Source: Octopus vulgaris (taxonomy: Eukaryota). From it: 64,000 nt of DNA. Numbering within the stretch: the stretch's first letter is position 1; every line of letters starts with the position of its first letter. A program made the position numbers and the translations under genes. Positions 24,500 to 38,189 of this stretch are shown here, one piece after another. The notes beneath the pieces are model-generated. The model was not told the DNA's origin and made no database searches. It saw only the letters and a program-made list of their open reading frames with translations. Where the stretch lies: the NCBI GenBank assembly GCA_951406725.2, contig OX597818.1, positions 2,046,001 to 2,110,000 of the forward strand, written 5' to 3'.

Positions 24500-27400
24500 T
24501 CTGACAGAAGACAAAACGTACGAGAGCATCAAATCTGAGGTTCTCCGCTGAAATACAAAATCCGCGGAGTCTAAATTTAAGCAGCTCATGGAAGATAAAG
24601 AATTAGGTGCCGACTCAATTTTTACGGCATCTCCGAAAGCTCAGTGACACGATTGAGGACAACTCGCTTTTACGCAAACTTTTCTTCTCCCGGCTACCTC
24701 CCAATGTGCAAGCTATCTTGGCCACAGCGGTTGGTACCAACACCGTGGATCAATTTGCTACCATGGCTGACAAGATTTTGGAATTTGCTATCAAGCCAGC
24801 ACTTCGCCATGTCTGCTCCTGCTCCGATGTTGCCTCCGCTGCATCTTCGTCCTCACAGGATGATATTTTGGATAGACTTGATTCCTTAACGCGCCGAATG
24901 GATGCGCTTTGGAGAGGACGCTCCAACTCTTCGCACCGTCAGAATCGGAGCAGGTCCCGGTCACGCTTGACCGATTCTTCTTCTCAATCCGGTCTATGAA
25001 GCGCACAGATGTATTCAGCCTTGTAGTTTTCAGTCTTCGGGAAACGAGTATCGGAGGAGTTGAGCACGTCAACTTCCTCCTCTTTTTCTATTCATCGTGC
25101 ATTCTTCGTCAAAGATTTGGTGTCTAAGAAACTCTTCATGGTTGACACCGGTTCTTCTTGCAGTATTTGGCCTCTTCGTCTCACTACAGACAGGCCTAAG
25201 CGTTCTGCCATTGTTTTGTACGCTATCAACTCGTCTTCCATTGCTACTTTTGGTCAGATTTCTTTACGCCTGGATATTAATCTTCGTCGAGAATTTCAAT
25301 GGGTTTTCGTCATAGCTAACATACCGCATCCTATTCTGGGTGCTGATTTTTTTAACCACTTTAATCTGTTGGCAGATGTCAGGCAACAGAGGCTTATCAA
25401 CGATTCTACGTCACTCTCTACGCCGACTCGGGGTTCTACCGATGCAGTTCTTAGCCCGGCATTTTTTGTTGCCACCGCTGGAGACGTTTTTCATTCTCTT
25501 TTGGCTTCCTTCCCAGATCTAGTGGATCATACTTTTCATTCGCAAAAACCCGCGCACTCGACCCTCCATTTTATCACCACCACTGGGCCACCTGTTTTTT
25601 CACGCCCGCGGCGGCTTGCACCTGGCCGACTAAAAACGGCTAGGGCTGAGTTTGAGCACATGCTCCAACTTGGCCTGATACGCCCCTCCACCAGCCCTTA
25701 GGCATCTCCCCTTCATTTGGCACGTAAAGGGGATTCTGATTTTTGCCCAGTGAGGGATTATAAGCGTCTTAATGCAGTCACGGTACCTGAAAGATATCCT
25801 ATAGAAAAAACCTTCAGGATTTTTCAGCAAATCTCTATGGCTGTACCAGTTTTTCTAAAGTTGACCTCATTCACACATATCATCAGATACCGGTCAACCC
25901 AGCCGATATTCCAAGAAACTGCCATTACCACTCCTTTTGGTTGTTTTGAGTTTCTATTTATGAGTTTTGGTTTGCGGAATGCTACCAGTACGTTCCAGCG
26001 TTTCATTGACGAAGTCGTCCGCGGACTTGATTTTGTGTTTGCCTATGTCGATGATATGCTCATTGTAAGTGACACACGTGACAATCATCTCCGGCACTTG
26101 TCTCAGCTTTTTCAGCGTCTTCGCGTCTATGGTGTGCGTATTAATCCTGACAAGTGCGTTTTCGGGAAATCTTCTCTTGACTTTCTAGGACATCATATTG
26201 ACACGAGTGGCATCAAACATTTCCCTTCCAAAGTCGATGCCATTCAGCGCATCGCACCCCCTCCCCACTTCACTACACCAACCCCGTCAATTTTTGGGCA
26301 TTGTCAATTTTTACAGACGATTCGTTAGAAATTGTGCAGACAAGTTACTTCCTTTGACTCAGCTGTTGAAAACAGATAACAAAAAGAATTCTCCTATTGC
26401 TTTATCTGATGAAGCGTTATCTGCTTTTGAGTCTATTAAGAAGAAAATAGCTTCTGTCCCTTTGCTTGCACATCCAGTTCCCGACGCTCCTCTCTCTTTG
26501 ACCGTTGATGCATCGGATTCTGCGGTTGGTGCTGTTTAGCAGGACACCGTAGACAATCAGACTGAACCTTTGGCGTTCTTTTCTCGTCAATTAAAGCCAA
26601 CTGAACGTCGGTACAGTACGTTTGATCGCGAGCTCTTGGCGATCTACCTGTCAGTTCGTCATTTTCAACATCCGCGGGCCGACATTTTGTGATCTATACT
26701 GATCACAAGCCTCTTACGGTTGCTCTGTCATCTAAATCGGACAAACTCTCGCCTCGTGCTTTTCGTCACCTGGACTACATTTCCCAGTTCCCGAGTGACA
26801 TTCAGCACATACCTGGAGCAGAGAACGTGCCTGCTGATGCACTCTCTCATCTCCCTGTGTGCTCCCTTTGATCTCCTGCTGCAATCGATTTAACTGCCAT
26901 TGCGCAGGATCAGCCAGCACTGGATACTTTGGATTTAGCTTCTACCAAGTTGTCCTGCTGCCAATTTGCCTATCTCCCACTTCCGACTGCTGAAAGCACC
27001 ATTCTTTGGGACACAGCTACTGGTTCTCCCAAACCGTTTGTACCTGAGAACCACCAGCGCCCTGTTTTTGATGCTTTGCATTCACTGTCACATCCTGGCG
27101 TCACTGCCTCGGTGAAGCATATTACGCTTCGGTTTTTCTGGCCTAATATGTGCTAGATGATCACCGAGTTGGCACACTCTTGTGTAAAATGCCAGTGTTC
27201 TAAAACCCACAGGCATATTCGTGCTCCTCTTGGACAGTTTTCTCCTCTGGAGACTCGCTTTCGCCATGTCCTCATTGATCTGGTTGGACCATGGCCTGTT
27301 AGTCGCGGTTTCTCTTACATATTTACATGTGTCAATCAATTTCTCTTGTTGGCCAGAGGCCATTCCAATAGTGGACATTCCAATAGTGGAGCTTTCATTT

Positions 27401-28073
27401 CTAACTGAATTGCTCGCTTTGGTGTCCCTGCTAAAATAACCACTGATCGCGGACTCCAGTTCGAGGTTTCCCTATTTCGTGAATTATCACGAATCCTAGG
27501 AGTTCATTACATTCATACGACCAGCTACCCGCTAGCCTCCAACGGGATGGCTGAACGTTTTCACAGGGAATTGAAGGCCGCCCTACGTGCCACTTCTGAT
27601 CCGCAGTTTTGGACGGAATTCTTGCCTATCGTTCTTCTTGGTTGTTGCACTGCTGTTAAAGCAGACTTAGGTTTCTCCTCTGCTGAACTCCTTTACAGTA
27701 CCACCCTGGTACTCCCTGGTACAATGTTAGCGCCAGACATCTCATCGCCTCCTGATCTAACGTCGTATGTCACCAGACTTCGCCCGTATTTCTCAAGTCT
27801 TCCACCCATGTGTGACCAGTCTATTCCCTCTCACGTCCCTCCGGATATTGATAAATGGACTCATGTTTTGTTCGGGATGATTCTGTCAGAAGACCTCTCA
27901 TTTCTCCTTATAAAGGACCATTTCGTGTGCTATCGCACACACCCAAAACTTTTAGTCTCGACTTGAATGGTCGGGCAGAAACCGTGTCGGTCGACAGACT
28001 TAAAAGGGCTCATTTTGAGGTGTCCACACCCTTCGATGACACCCCAAACACGCCCACCTTCGATCCTTTATAA
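24500..28073 (+). pseudogene. gag-pol pseudogene
   Basis: gag (KQLMEDKELG..PTQFLR), protease (VDTGS), RT (FGLRNA, YVDD), RNase H (VDAS, TDHKPL), integrase ([35 protein letters not shown]). Many stops and frameshifts. Confidence 0.95.
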
Positions 28074-29131
28074 CCACCTACACATCCACCTGCACATGCA
28101 CCTTTGACCACACCATCACCTACACCTTTGTCGCCACTGCCTAACACAAACAAACCCTATGTCACCAAGACTGGCTGCATTGTGCATTATTATTTATATT
28201 TGACATTTTCTTTTGTATTTCCTGTGACAGACAATTGCTTTCTGGTGTTACTGGACAGTTCCAATATTCTACCATTAAACATTTTGTCAAATTTTGTGCA
28301 TGCCAATTTATATTTCTTGCAGTTATTTTCTATTTGACTTGTCACATTTTTGTGCCATGCCTGCTCCAATTATTCTGTTTTCGTACTTCCGCACTCAGTG
28401 GGGAGCCCTTTGTAGTGGCACAAACATATTTGATGAGATCTCGCGGCAGCCATTGCCATCTCCGAGACTGGAGCGAGACCTCACCTGCATCTATTTGCCA
28501 TGCGCGAGATCACAACGAGGCTCGCGATGGAGAAAACTATATAAACGGGAAACCGATTCAGACCAGCCTCTTTGGCTGAACACGAACGCAGGCAGTTTTC
28601 TGCCTGTCTATCTCCAGTGGCTATGCGCCCACACTATCGGAGTTTGAGATGCTAGCTGAGAGCAGCACATTTCACCTTTCCTGTAAATAAACCAGTTGTA
28701 AATAGCATTTATGCTTGAAGTCTTTTCTCTTCGCCTGCCGAAAACCTGAATTACATAAAGAACAAGAAAAAGTGATGGAAGATGATGTTACTCCGATATC
28801 ATTAACCTTGCCTTCCATTACAAAATATGTATGTATGTATGTATGTATGCATGCATGCATGTATGCATGCATGTACGTATGTATGTATGTATGTATCTCT
28901 TTTTATCTTTCACCCACACTCACACGCATAGACACACACACACGCATACACACACTTATACATATACACCTTTATTTGCCCCTATTTCTCATCTAGTTTA
29001 CTTTATTCTCACATTCCATTGCGAAGAGGTTTACGTCTTATAAAGAAATATTTTCCATTATAATGGAATGTGAGAACATGATAAGCATAGTTGAGAGAAT
29101 ATAGTGATAAATATAGGGGAGGGAGAGAGAG

Positions 29132-32100
29132 TATTTCTTTATTCACCATAAAGTTGAGAAAAAAAGGGGACAATACGGGGACAGACAAAACAAACGTTGG
29201 GGGTCAGGGTATCGAATGAGACGAAACGTATGAATAAACAAACAATTAAAATATATACAATTAAATGAGAATGAGTGATTAACACAAAATGAAGCGGAGG
29301 ACGCGGTTGACCCCACAAACCACATACTCACACTGAAGACTTTGCTTTATCCTTTTTTACATTCTCGATTAAATAGGTTCTTTCACTCGCAACATACTTG
29401 CTATAGACTTCCATCTTTTACGAAACACACTTTGTGACAGGCATTTCTTCTCCAGCCTTATTTTCCGTTTCATGTGGAAAACGAAAAAGTCGATTAGCTC
29501 AAGACTGGAGATAAACATGCCTGTTGCAATTCCTTTCACTCTCGTCTTCCACACTACTTCTTTCGCCATAGCAACTACCGAAAGAAAACAGGCTCGCTCC
29601 TCCCTATTCAGGAAGGTCGGCGGAACTATCTTAATTACAGATTCGCTCGACAGTTGTACTCTTCTCGAATGCGACAGCAGGTGTTCGACATAACCCCAGA
29701 GTTCAGTCACCTTGGAGCATTGCACAATCGCGTGCAGGACAGTTTCACTGTCCCTCTTACATCTTGCACAAACCGGCGAAGGTGCACACCCATGTCTAAA
29801 AAGCTTATCTCGAACCGGTAAAGCTTCTCTGTAACATTGCCAGGCCAGGGACTTTTGGTAATTATCCATAGGCCCCGGACCGAATGTTCTTTGGAACAGG
29901 CTGGCCAGTTGATTTTCGTTGAAGCCCAGGGTTTCTCCCAAGACGTCGTCACACTTAAACTCTACTAACCCTCTATAGAAGAAAGCTGTAGTACCCCCGC
30001 CACCGGCGTTGCCCGACTGGGAGAGGAGCACGAGTGCCTGATAGCACTCTACATGCCATACGCCCAACCTCGGTCTACACTTGATCCATGGGTTCAGTTT
30101 GGTAAACGATGTGAACTGTGGAAATAACAGTTTGACGAACGAAGACCACGCCTGCTCACCGTCCAGGTAAAGCCAGAGGTGCCTAAGCCTGAGCGCATGT
30201 CAGCGCATTTTTAGCCACGGCATCCCTAACCCATTCTTCAGCGGCTTTTGGCAGCAAATAGAGCGCCTTACAAGAGATCTGCTGCCCCTCCACAAAAAGC
30301 GAAAGAGCATGCGTTCCAGCTTGCTCAGCCACGAATCGGAGTCAGGCGGTAAGTGATTACAGAGGCGATAAACACCTCTGCAACCTCCGCCCTCCCTTTC
30401 AAGGACAGCTTCCGCTCAGACCAGGTATGAGTTAGGAGAGCCACCTTTCTCGCCACCTCGCTCCAATTCTTCTCTATCTGGAGATCTGGACCTAAACAGA
30501 TTCCAAGCATTTTCACCGGCCCTTCCGTCCAAAGTCCTACGACGCTGTCGGAAGACATCGACTTGCCCCTCCAGGTGCCGAGTTGCAAGCCGACCGATTT
30601 ATCCCGGATGACTTTCGCTCCTGCCAACACTTCGTAGTCCCTTAAAGCCTCACCCACTGTAGGTGCTCGACTCGGGATACGATGACGGTGATGTCGTCCG
30701 CATACGCCGAAGCTGACTTTCCGCACCCTAGATCTTGCGGAGTGCCCCTCATAGTTTCCAACCTCCTCAGCAACGGCTCGAGGGCCAAAACGTAGAGAAG
30801 CGGGGAGAGAGGACACCCTTGACATACCGAACGTTCAATGCGGAACGGCTCCGAAAAGAAACCATTCACCCGAACAACCGATTCGATGTTGCTGTATAAA
30901 GCGTTGATCCATCCGCGGAAGGTCGGGCCGAAGCCAGCCGCCCAGATACTGATGGTCAACCTTATCGAACGCTTTCGATTGGTCCAAGTGGACCATAGTC
31001 CCACCCTTGCCATGAATCCTATTTACCCTTTCTATGGCATAGCGTAGAAAGTGGATATTGTCGTGGATGGTCCTTACAGGGAAGGCGCAAGTTTGCGCCT
31101 CGCCAACAAGTTCACCCACGACCCGTGCCAACCTTTTTGCTAAGACCTTGGCCAAAATCTTCAACTCTGCGTTAAGCAGAGTGATGGGCCGAAGATTATC
31201 AATTAAATCCCCCTTGTTTGGATCCTTTCTTAACAGCGCTACTACCCCTCGGCTCACAGACTTAGGAATTCTCCCGTTCTGCTGCCAGTTGGTGTACACG
31301 CATGCAAGTAGGTGCCCAAACAAGTCTGGCATGCTACTATAGAGTTCGTAAGGCAGACCATCGAGTCCCGGCGATTTGTCCCCGCCGCAGTCTGCCAACA
31401 CATCCTCGACTTCCTTGGCTGTGATCGGCGCCTCACAAGATTCCGCATCCGGCCTCGATAGACGCAGCAAACCGGCTAGGAAGTCTGCGAGCTTCTCCCC
31501 GCGCTCCAGTCCGCTCCTCCTCCCGAATAGCTGGGCGAAATGATCGTGAAACACCTTGCACATCTCCACGGGTTCGTTTCCTGATCGACCATTTGGGCCC
31601 GTCAAAGATCGAATGGTTGAGCTGTTGCCACGCTGGCCCTCTACCACCCGGGCCCATCCGGCTGCGTTGATCCCTTCCTGTCTCATTGCACGGATTTTAG
31701 CCCTGACAATGCACCCTTCATGTTTAGCATTGAGATGTTGGTCAAGTGCCAACCTCGCCGCTAACACTTTCGATGCACTGCCTGACCTCATTGCCTCATC
31801 TATTGCCTTAACTAGTTCCTTTTCTACTTTGTTTCTAGCACTAGCTAATTCTTTGCTAAATCTAATTGACTCACATTTGATGGCTCTTTTCAGGGCGTAC
31901 CACCGTTTGTTGTTGATAATGGATCCGGTTAACGCCCTCATTACTAATTGTTTAATCCGATTCGTGTAAGCTTCACAGTCCAATAGTGACTTGTTTAGCT
32001 TCCAGTACCCGGTACCTCGTCTTCACATGCTATCTATGTCTATCACTTATTTGTGATCGCTGTAGCTGACGATATGGTATTGTGGACAGCTAAGTATTTT

Positions 32101-34505
32101 CTTATCTTTCCTTCTAGTTATGATTCTATCTATGTAAGATCTGGACGACCCGTCGTTTCTTGCCCAGGTCCACGCTGGAGTGTCTGGGTGGTCCAGTCTG
32201 AATCGATCTGCCAACTCGAAACGACTTAGCAGATCGTTGAGGTGAGGTAATCCCCCCCCCTATTCTTTCTCGTGCCAACATAATCTACGCGTGCATCACA
32301 AATCATGCTGAAGTCACCTAGCAATACTAACGTGTTCGACGTGCCAAGAAAATTCTCTAGGCTTTTGAAATACTCTTTCTGCCTGGCTTTTCCTTCGCCG
32401 GGAGCATAGACAGCGACCAGCCTGAACACTTTGCCACTGCTATGCGTCATATCCAAAACGACCAACCTGCCTTCCGGATCTATAAAGACAGTTCTAATCT
32501 CTAAATCCAGGTTTTTTTCTGACCAGCACTGCCACTCCTCCGCCCCCTCCCGGTCGACAGGGAGAAACGTATTTCTCATAGCCGTTTAGAAGGGGCGAAA
32601 AGCCTGCAGCCCACTCAGTCTGGATTCGGTAATTACCACTACATCCAAACGATGCGACCTAAGGTCGTTAAGGAGGTAGCCTTGCTTCCAATACGACCCC
32701 AGGCCGCGAATATTTAAACAACCGAGTTTAAACGAGAATGTGAAAAATTTGTCGAATGTTTAAATCTTACTGTTTTAACGAGAGAGAGGGTGTAATTTCA
32801 CCCTCCTCTTTTCTGTCTGTGAGTGTTGTGTTTTGCGAGGTTATTTTTTTCGCGAATTGCCTGTACAGATGGCTCGAAATGTTCATCTGTAACAGACCGA
32901 CGTCCTCCGCAAAAGATTTTTTAGTTCAAAATAGTCAGAGTTATCTATAGTATATAATTCGACATTTTCAGAAATAGTATTATTTACATCTGTTGCGATA
33001 TATTTTTTCGCCGATTTCATTAAAACAATTTTATCTCTTAATAGTTTATTATTTTTGTTTATCGCCGTGAAGGTGTTTCTCTTTTTTATATATGGCGATT
33101 GTGGAGGGAGGTGTTTGTGGGGGGGTGCTTGTAAAAACGTAGGTGATTGTAGGTGTGTGTGTGCTTGTGGTAGGTGTGGGAGTGTTTGTGTGTGCTTTTT
33201 CCAGTGTGTGTGTTTTTTTGGCTACGTGTGTGTTTGCGACTGTATTTGTGGGTGTGGGTGTGCTTGTCTGTCTCGGAGCATAGTCCTGTGTATCCGAAGA
33301 GGGTGGGTTTTTCCGTTTCCGTCTTCTTTTTGAAGGTTCTACGGTGACCCACTCCTGGATGTTGTCGTTTTTGTTGTTGTTTTCTCCCGCTGTCGGCTGT
33401 ACTTCGGTAATTGGGGTCTGCGACGTGGCTGCTATTTCTAGCGGTGCGGTCGTTGTCTTCGGCGTCGTGCTTGCCTCTTCTGCAGCATTTTCTTTGGTTG
33501 TCTTCTTCTTACAGCTCGACCTTATGTGGCCTTTCGCGCCACATTTGTAATATCTGGGCTTTCTCCCCTCTACTACCACCATCATGCTGGTATTTTCTCC
33601 AATTGTAAGGGAACTGGGCAATTTTTCTAAGTCTGAGGGGTTTGCTTGGATCACAAGCTCTAAATCTTGTCCAAACCAGTTCATGTGGCGGTATCTCTTA
33701 GACTGAAGAATTGCAATTTCTTCTTTGCCTAAGAGAATAGCGGCTATGACAAAGGCCACATCTATTTCGGGTGGAATATCCGTAACTGTGATTTTCGAAG
33801 TTCTCTTTCCTAAGTAAGTCGGGAGGAGAACTACTTCTTCCGACTTCAATGTCCTTGTTGAATGTTCCCTAGCTTTTTCTTCGCTAGGGAAACGCACCTC
33901 TACAGTGCCGAAGCGACGATCCCTCGTTATGTAACTTGTTTGTTGCCATATCGGCCTCAAGCATTTTTCGATCGCTTCCCTCGGTACAAAATCGATTTTT
34001 TTATTTTTGACATTATATGTTTTGTATATGACAGTCTTTCTCTCCGTCGCGTAAATTAATTCACTAGGAGGGAGCAACTTCACATTATCACCTTCTTTTT
34101 TTAATAAACTTTGGTACTTCTTTAATTCTTCTTTTTTCACAGGGTCGAGTTGCTGCACTCGCAAAATTTATTTTTTATTTTTCCTGTTGTGTAGTAGCCT
34201 CGCTAGACATCTTGTCGTCTGCTTTTGTAACGCTCGCGTGAGACGCCTCTTTACTTTCACCTTCCTCCTCCCACATATTCGCCTTCATGCCTGCAAACAA
34301 ATAGTCAACGTTTTCCTCCGACTCGGAAGAAATTGGTGGCAAATTCATGTTTTTTGCCGCTTCCCCCTTGAAACAAGGGGGAAAGAACAGCAAAACTGCT
34401 GCAACAGCAGAAAAGAAGTGGTCTCAACGACCAAAACAACAAATGTTCACAATTTTCAGCATAAAAACAATCTTTCACTGCGGAGCAAAGAATAACACAA
34501 CCGAT
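29132..34505 (-). mobile_element. Full-length but frameshifted Tx1-clade LINE (copy B)
   Basis: ORF1 33049..34164 plus fragments. ORF2 is broken into 32226..32579, 30835..31983, 30642..31013, 30325..30825 and 29369..30067. (GA)n at both ends. Confidence 0.95.
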
Positions 34506-34537
<32 letters not shown>

Positions 34538-34753
34538 CTTTATTCACCATAAGGTTGAAAAAAAGAGGGGACAAAACAAACGTTGGGGTCAGTGTATCGA
34601 ATGAGACGAAACATATGAATAAACAAACAATTAAAATATATACAATTAAATGAGAATGAGTGATTAACAAAAAATGAAGCGGAGGGCGCGGTTGACCCCA
34701 CAAACCACATACTCACACTGAAGACTTTGCTTTATCCTTTTTTACATTCTCGA

Positions 34754-37700
34754 TTAAACAGGTTCTTTCACTCGCAACATACTTGCTATATACTTCCATC
34801 TTTTACGAAACACACTTTGTGACAGGCATTTCTTCTCCAGCCTTATTTTCCGTTTCATGTGGAAAACGAAAAAGTCGATTAGCTTCAGACTGGAGATAAA
34901 CATGCCTGTTGCAATTCCTTTTACTCTCGTCTTCCACACTACTTCTTTCGCCATAGCAACTACCGAAAGAAAACAGGCTCGCTCCTCCCTATTCAGGAAG
35001 GTCGGCGGAACTATCTTAATTACAGATTCGCTCGACAGTTGTACTCTTCTCGAATGCGACAGCAGGTGTTCGACATAACCCCAGAGTTCAGTCACCTTGG
35101 GGCATGGCACAATCGCGTGCAGGACAGTTTCACTGTCCCTCTTACATCTTGCACAAACCGGCGAAGGTGCACACCCATGTCTAAAGAGCTTATCTCGAAC
35201 CGGTAAAGCTCCTCTGTAACATTGCCAGGCCAGGGACTTTTGGTAATTATCCATAGGCCCCGGACCGAATGTTCTTTGGAACAGGCTGGCCAGTTGATTT
35301 TCGTCGAAGCCCAGAGTTTCTCCCAGGACGTCGTCACACTTAAACTCTACTAACCCTCTATAGAAGAAAGCGGTAGTAGCCCCGCCACCGGCGTTGCCCG
35401 ACTGGGAGAGAAGCACGAGTGCCTGATAGCACTCTGCATGCCACATACCCAACCTCGGTCTACACTTGATCCATGGGTTCAGTTCGTTAAACGATGTGAA
35501 CTGTGGATATAACAGCTTGACAAACGGAGACCACACCTGCTCACCGTCCAGGTAAATCCAGAGGTGCCTCAGCCTGAGCGCATGTCTGCGCATTTTTAGC
35601 CACGGCATCCCTAACCCACCGTTCAGCGGCTTTTGGCAGCAAATAGAGCGCCTTACAAGAGGTCTGCTGCCCCTCCGCAAAAAGCGAAAGAGCATGCGTT
35701 CCAGTTTGTTCAGCCACGAATCGGAGCAAGGCACTACGGTTAGGCGGTAAGTGATTACAGAGGCGATAAACACTTCTGCAACCTCCGCCCTCCCTTTCAA
35801 GGACAGCTTCCGCTCAGACAATGTCTGAGTTAGGAGAGCCACCTTTCTCGCCACCTCGCTCCTGTTCTTCTCTATCTGGAGATCTGGACCTAACCAGATC
35901 CCAAGCATTTTCACCGGTCCTTCCGTCCAAAGTCCTACGACGCTGTCGGAAGACATCGACTTGCCCCTCCAGGTGCCGAGTTGCAAGCCGACCGATTTAT
36001 CCCGGATGACTTTCGCTCCTGCCACCGCTTCGTAGTCCCTTAAGGCCTCACCCACCCACTGTAGGTGCTCGACTCGGGAAACGATGACGGTGATGTCGTC
36101 CGCATACGCCGAAGCTGACTTTCCGCACCCTAGATCTTGCGGGGTGCCTCTCATAGTTTCCAACCTCCTCAGCAACGGCTCGAGGGCCAAAACGTAGAGA
36201 AGCGGGGAGAGAGGACACCCTTGACGTACCGAACGTTCAATGCTGAACCGTTCCGAAAGGAAACCATTTACCCGAACTACCGATTCGATGTTGCTGTATA
36301 AAGCGAAGATCCATCCGCGGAAGGTCGGGCCGAAGCCAGCCGCCGCGAGGACCGCCTCCAGATACTGATGGTCCACCCTATCAAACGCTTTCGATTGGTG
36401 CAAGTGGACCATAGGCCTACCCTTGCCAGGAATCCTATTTACCCTTTCTAAGGCATAGCGTAGAAAGTGGAGATTGTCGTGGATGGTCCTTCCAGGGATG
36501 GCGCAAGTTTGCGCCTCGCCAACAAGTTCACCCACGACCCTCGCCAACCTTTTTGCTAAGACCTTGGCCAAGATCTTCAACTCTGCGTTAAGCAGAGTGA
36601 TAGGCCGGAAATTATCAATTAAATCCCCCTTGTTTGGGTCCTTTCTTAACAGCGCTACCACCCCTCGGCTCACAGACTTAGGAATTCTCCCGTTCTGCTG
36701 CCAGTTGGTGTACACGTATGCAAGTAGGTGCCCAAACAAGTCTGGCATGCTACTATAGAGTTCGTAAGGCAGACCATCGAGTCCCGGCGATTTGTCCCCG
36801 CCGCAGTCTGCCAACATATCCTCGACTTCTTTGGCTGTGATCGGCGCCTCACAAGATTCCGCGTCCGGCCTCGATAGACGCGGCGAACCGGCTAGGAAGT
36901 CTGCGAGCTTCTCCCCGCGCTCCAGCTCGCCGCTCCACCCGAATAGCTGGGCGAAATGATCATGAAACACCTTGCACATCTCCTCGGGTTCGGTTACTAA
37001 TCGACCATTTGGGCCCGTCAAGGATCGAATGGTTGAGTTGTTGCCACGCTGGCCCTCTACCACCCGGGCCCATCCGGCTGCGTTGATCCCTTCCTGTCTC
37101 ATTGCACGGATCTTAGCCCTGACAATGCACCCTTCATGTTTAGCGTTGAGATGTTGGTCTAGTGCTAACCTCGGCGCTAACACTTTCGATGCACTGCCTG
37201 ACCTCATTGCCTCCTCTAATGCCTTAACTAGTTCCTTTTCTACTTTGTTTCTAGCACTAGCTAGTTCTTTGCTAAACCTAATTGACTCAAATTTGATGGC
37301 TCTTTTCAGGGCGTACCACCATTTATTGTTGATAATGGATCCGGTTAACGCCCTCATTACTAATTGTTTAATCCGATTCCTGTAGGCTTCACAGTCCAAT
37401 AGTGACTTGTTTAGCTTCCAGTAGCCGGTACCTCGTCTACACATGCTATCTATGTCGAACGTACAGTTTACTAATTTGTGATCGCTGTAGCTGACGATAT
37501 GGTGTTGTGGACAGCTAAGTATTTTCTTATCTTTCCTTCTAGTTATGATTCTATCGATATAAGATCTGGACGACCCGTCGTTTCTTGCCCAGGTCCACTC
37601 TGGAATGTCTGGATGGTCCAGTCTGAATCTATCTGCCAATTCGAAACGACTTAGCATATCGTTGAGGTGAGGTAATCCCCTCGTATTTTTCTCTGAGCCA

Positions 37701-38170
37701 ACATAATCTACGCTTGCATCGCAAATTATGTTGAAGTCACCTAGCAATACTAACGTGTTCGACGTGCCAAGAAAATTCTCTAGGCTTTTGAAATACTCTT
37801 TCTGCCCGGCTTTTCCTTCGCAGGGAGCATAGACAGCGACCAGCCCGAACACTTTACCACTGCTGTGCGTCACATCCAAAACGACCAACCTGCCTTCCGG
37901 ATCTATAAAGACAGTTCTAATCTCTAAATCCAGGTTTTTCCTGACTAGCACTGCCACTCCTCCTCTCTCTCCAGGTCGACAGGGAGAAATGTATTTCTCG
38001 TAGCCGTTTAGAAGGGGCGAAAAAGCCTGCAGCCCACTCAGTCTGGATTCGGTAATTACCACTACATCCAAACGTTGCGACCTAAGGTCGTTAAGGAGGT
38101 AGCCTTGCTTCCAATACGACCCCAGGCCGCGAATATTTATACAACCGAGTTTAAACGAGAATGTGAAAAT
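34754..38170 (-). CDS. LINE ORF2: APE endonuclease + reverse transcriptase + C-terminal CCHC zinc-binding domain
   Basis: NIRGL, ITES, VYAP, GDFN, IDRI, SDH; KSPGLDG, FRPITLLN, KAFDRV, QGCPLSP, YADD; CARC...H....C. The frame is open from 38170 with no AUG near its start. Confidence 0.95.
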   Translation of the reverse strand: MFTFSFKLGCINIRGLGSYWKQGYLLNDLRSQRLDVVVITESRLSGLQAFSPLLNGYEKYISPCRPGERGGVAVLVRKNLDLEIRTVFIDPEGRLVVLDVTHSSGKVFGLVAVYAPCEGKAGQKEYFKSLENFLGTSNTLVLLGDFNIICDASVDYVGSEKNTRGLPHLNDMLSRFELADRFRLDHPDIPEWTWARNDGSSRSYIDRIITRRKDKKILSCPQHHIVSYSDHKLVNCTFDIDSMCRRGTGYWKLNKSLLDCEAYRNRIKQLVMRALTGSIINNKWWYALKRAIKFESIRFSKELASARNKVEKELVKALEEAMRSGSASKVLAPRLALDQHLNAKHEGCIVRAKIRAMRQEGINAAGWARVVEGQRGNNSTIRSLTGPNGRLVTEPEEMCKVFHDHFAQLFGWSGELERGEKLADFLAGSPRLSRPDAESCEAPITAKEVEDMLADCGGDKSPGLDGLPYELYSSMPDLFGHLLAYVYTNWQQNGRIPKSVSRGVVALLRKDPNKGDLIDNFRPITLLNAELKILAKVLAKRLARVVGELVGEAQTCAIPGRTIHDNLHFLRYALERVNRIPGKGRPMVHLHQSKAFDRVDHQYLEAVLAAAGFGPTFRGWIFALYSNIESVVRVNGFLSERFSIERSVRQGCPLSPLLYVLALEPLLRRLETMRGTPQDLGCGKSASAYADDITVIVSRVEHLQWVGEALRDYEAVAGAKVIRDKSVGLQLGTWRGKSMSSDSVVGLWTEGPVKMLGIWLGPDLQIEKNRSEVARKVALLTQTLSERKLSLKGRAEVAEVFIASVITYRLTVVPCSDSWLNKLERMLFRFLRRGSRPLVRRSICCQKPLNGGLGMPWLKMRRHALRLRHLWIYLDGEQVWSPFVKLLYPQFTSFNELNPWIKCRPRLGMWHAECYQALVLLSQSGNAGGGATTAFFYRGLVEFKCDDVLGETLGFDENQLASLFQRTFGPGPMDNYQKSLAWQCYRGALPVRDKLFRHGCAPSPVCARCKRDSETVLHAIVPCPKVTELWGYVEHLLSHSRRVQLSSESVIKIVPPTFLNREERACFLSVVAMAKEVVWKTRVKGIATGMFISSLKLIDFFVFHMKRKIRLEKKCLSQSVFRKRWKYIASMLRVKEPV

Positions 38171-38189
38171 TTAGTTGAATGTTTAAAAC

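Larger units (their letters stand above)
23413..28637 (+). mobile_element. Decayed Ty3/Gypsy LTR retrotransposon
   Basis: 5' LTR part 23413-23559 matches the 3' LTR starting at 28411. Purine tract AGTGGGGAG at 28397-28405. Domain order is gag-PR-RT-RH-IN. The 3' end is approximate. Confidence 0.95.
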
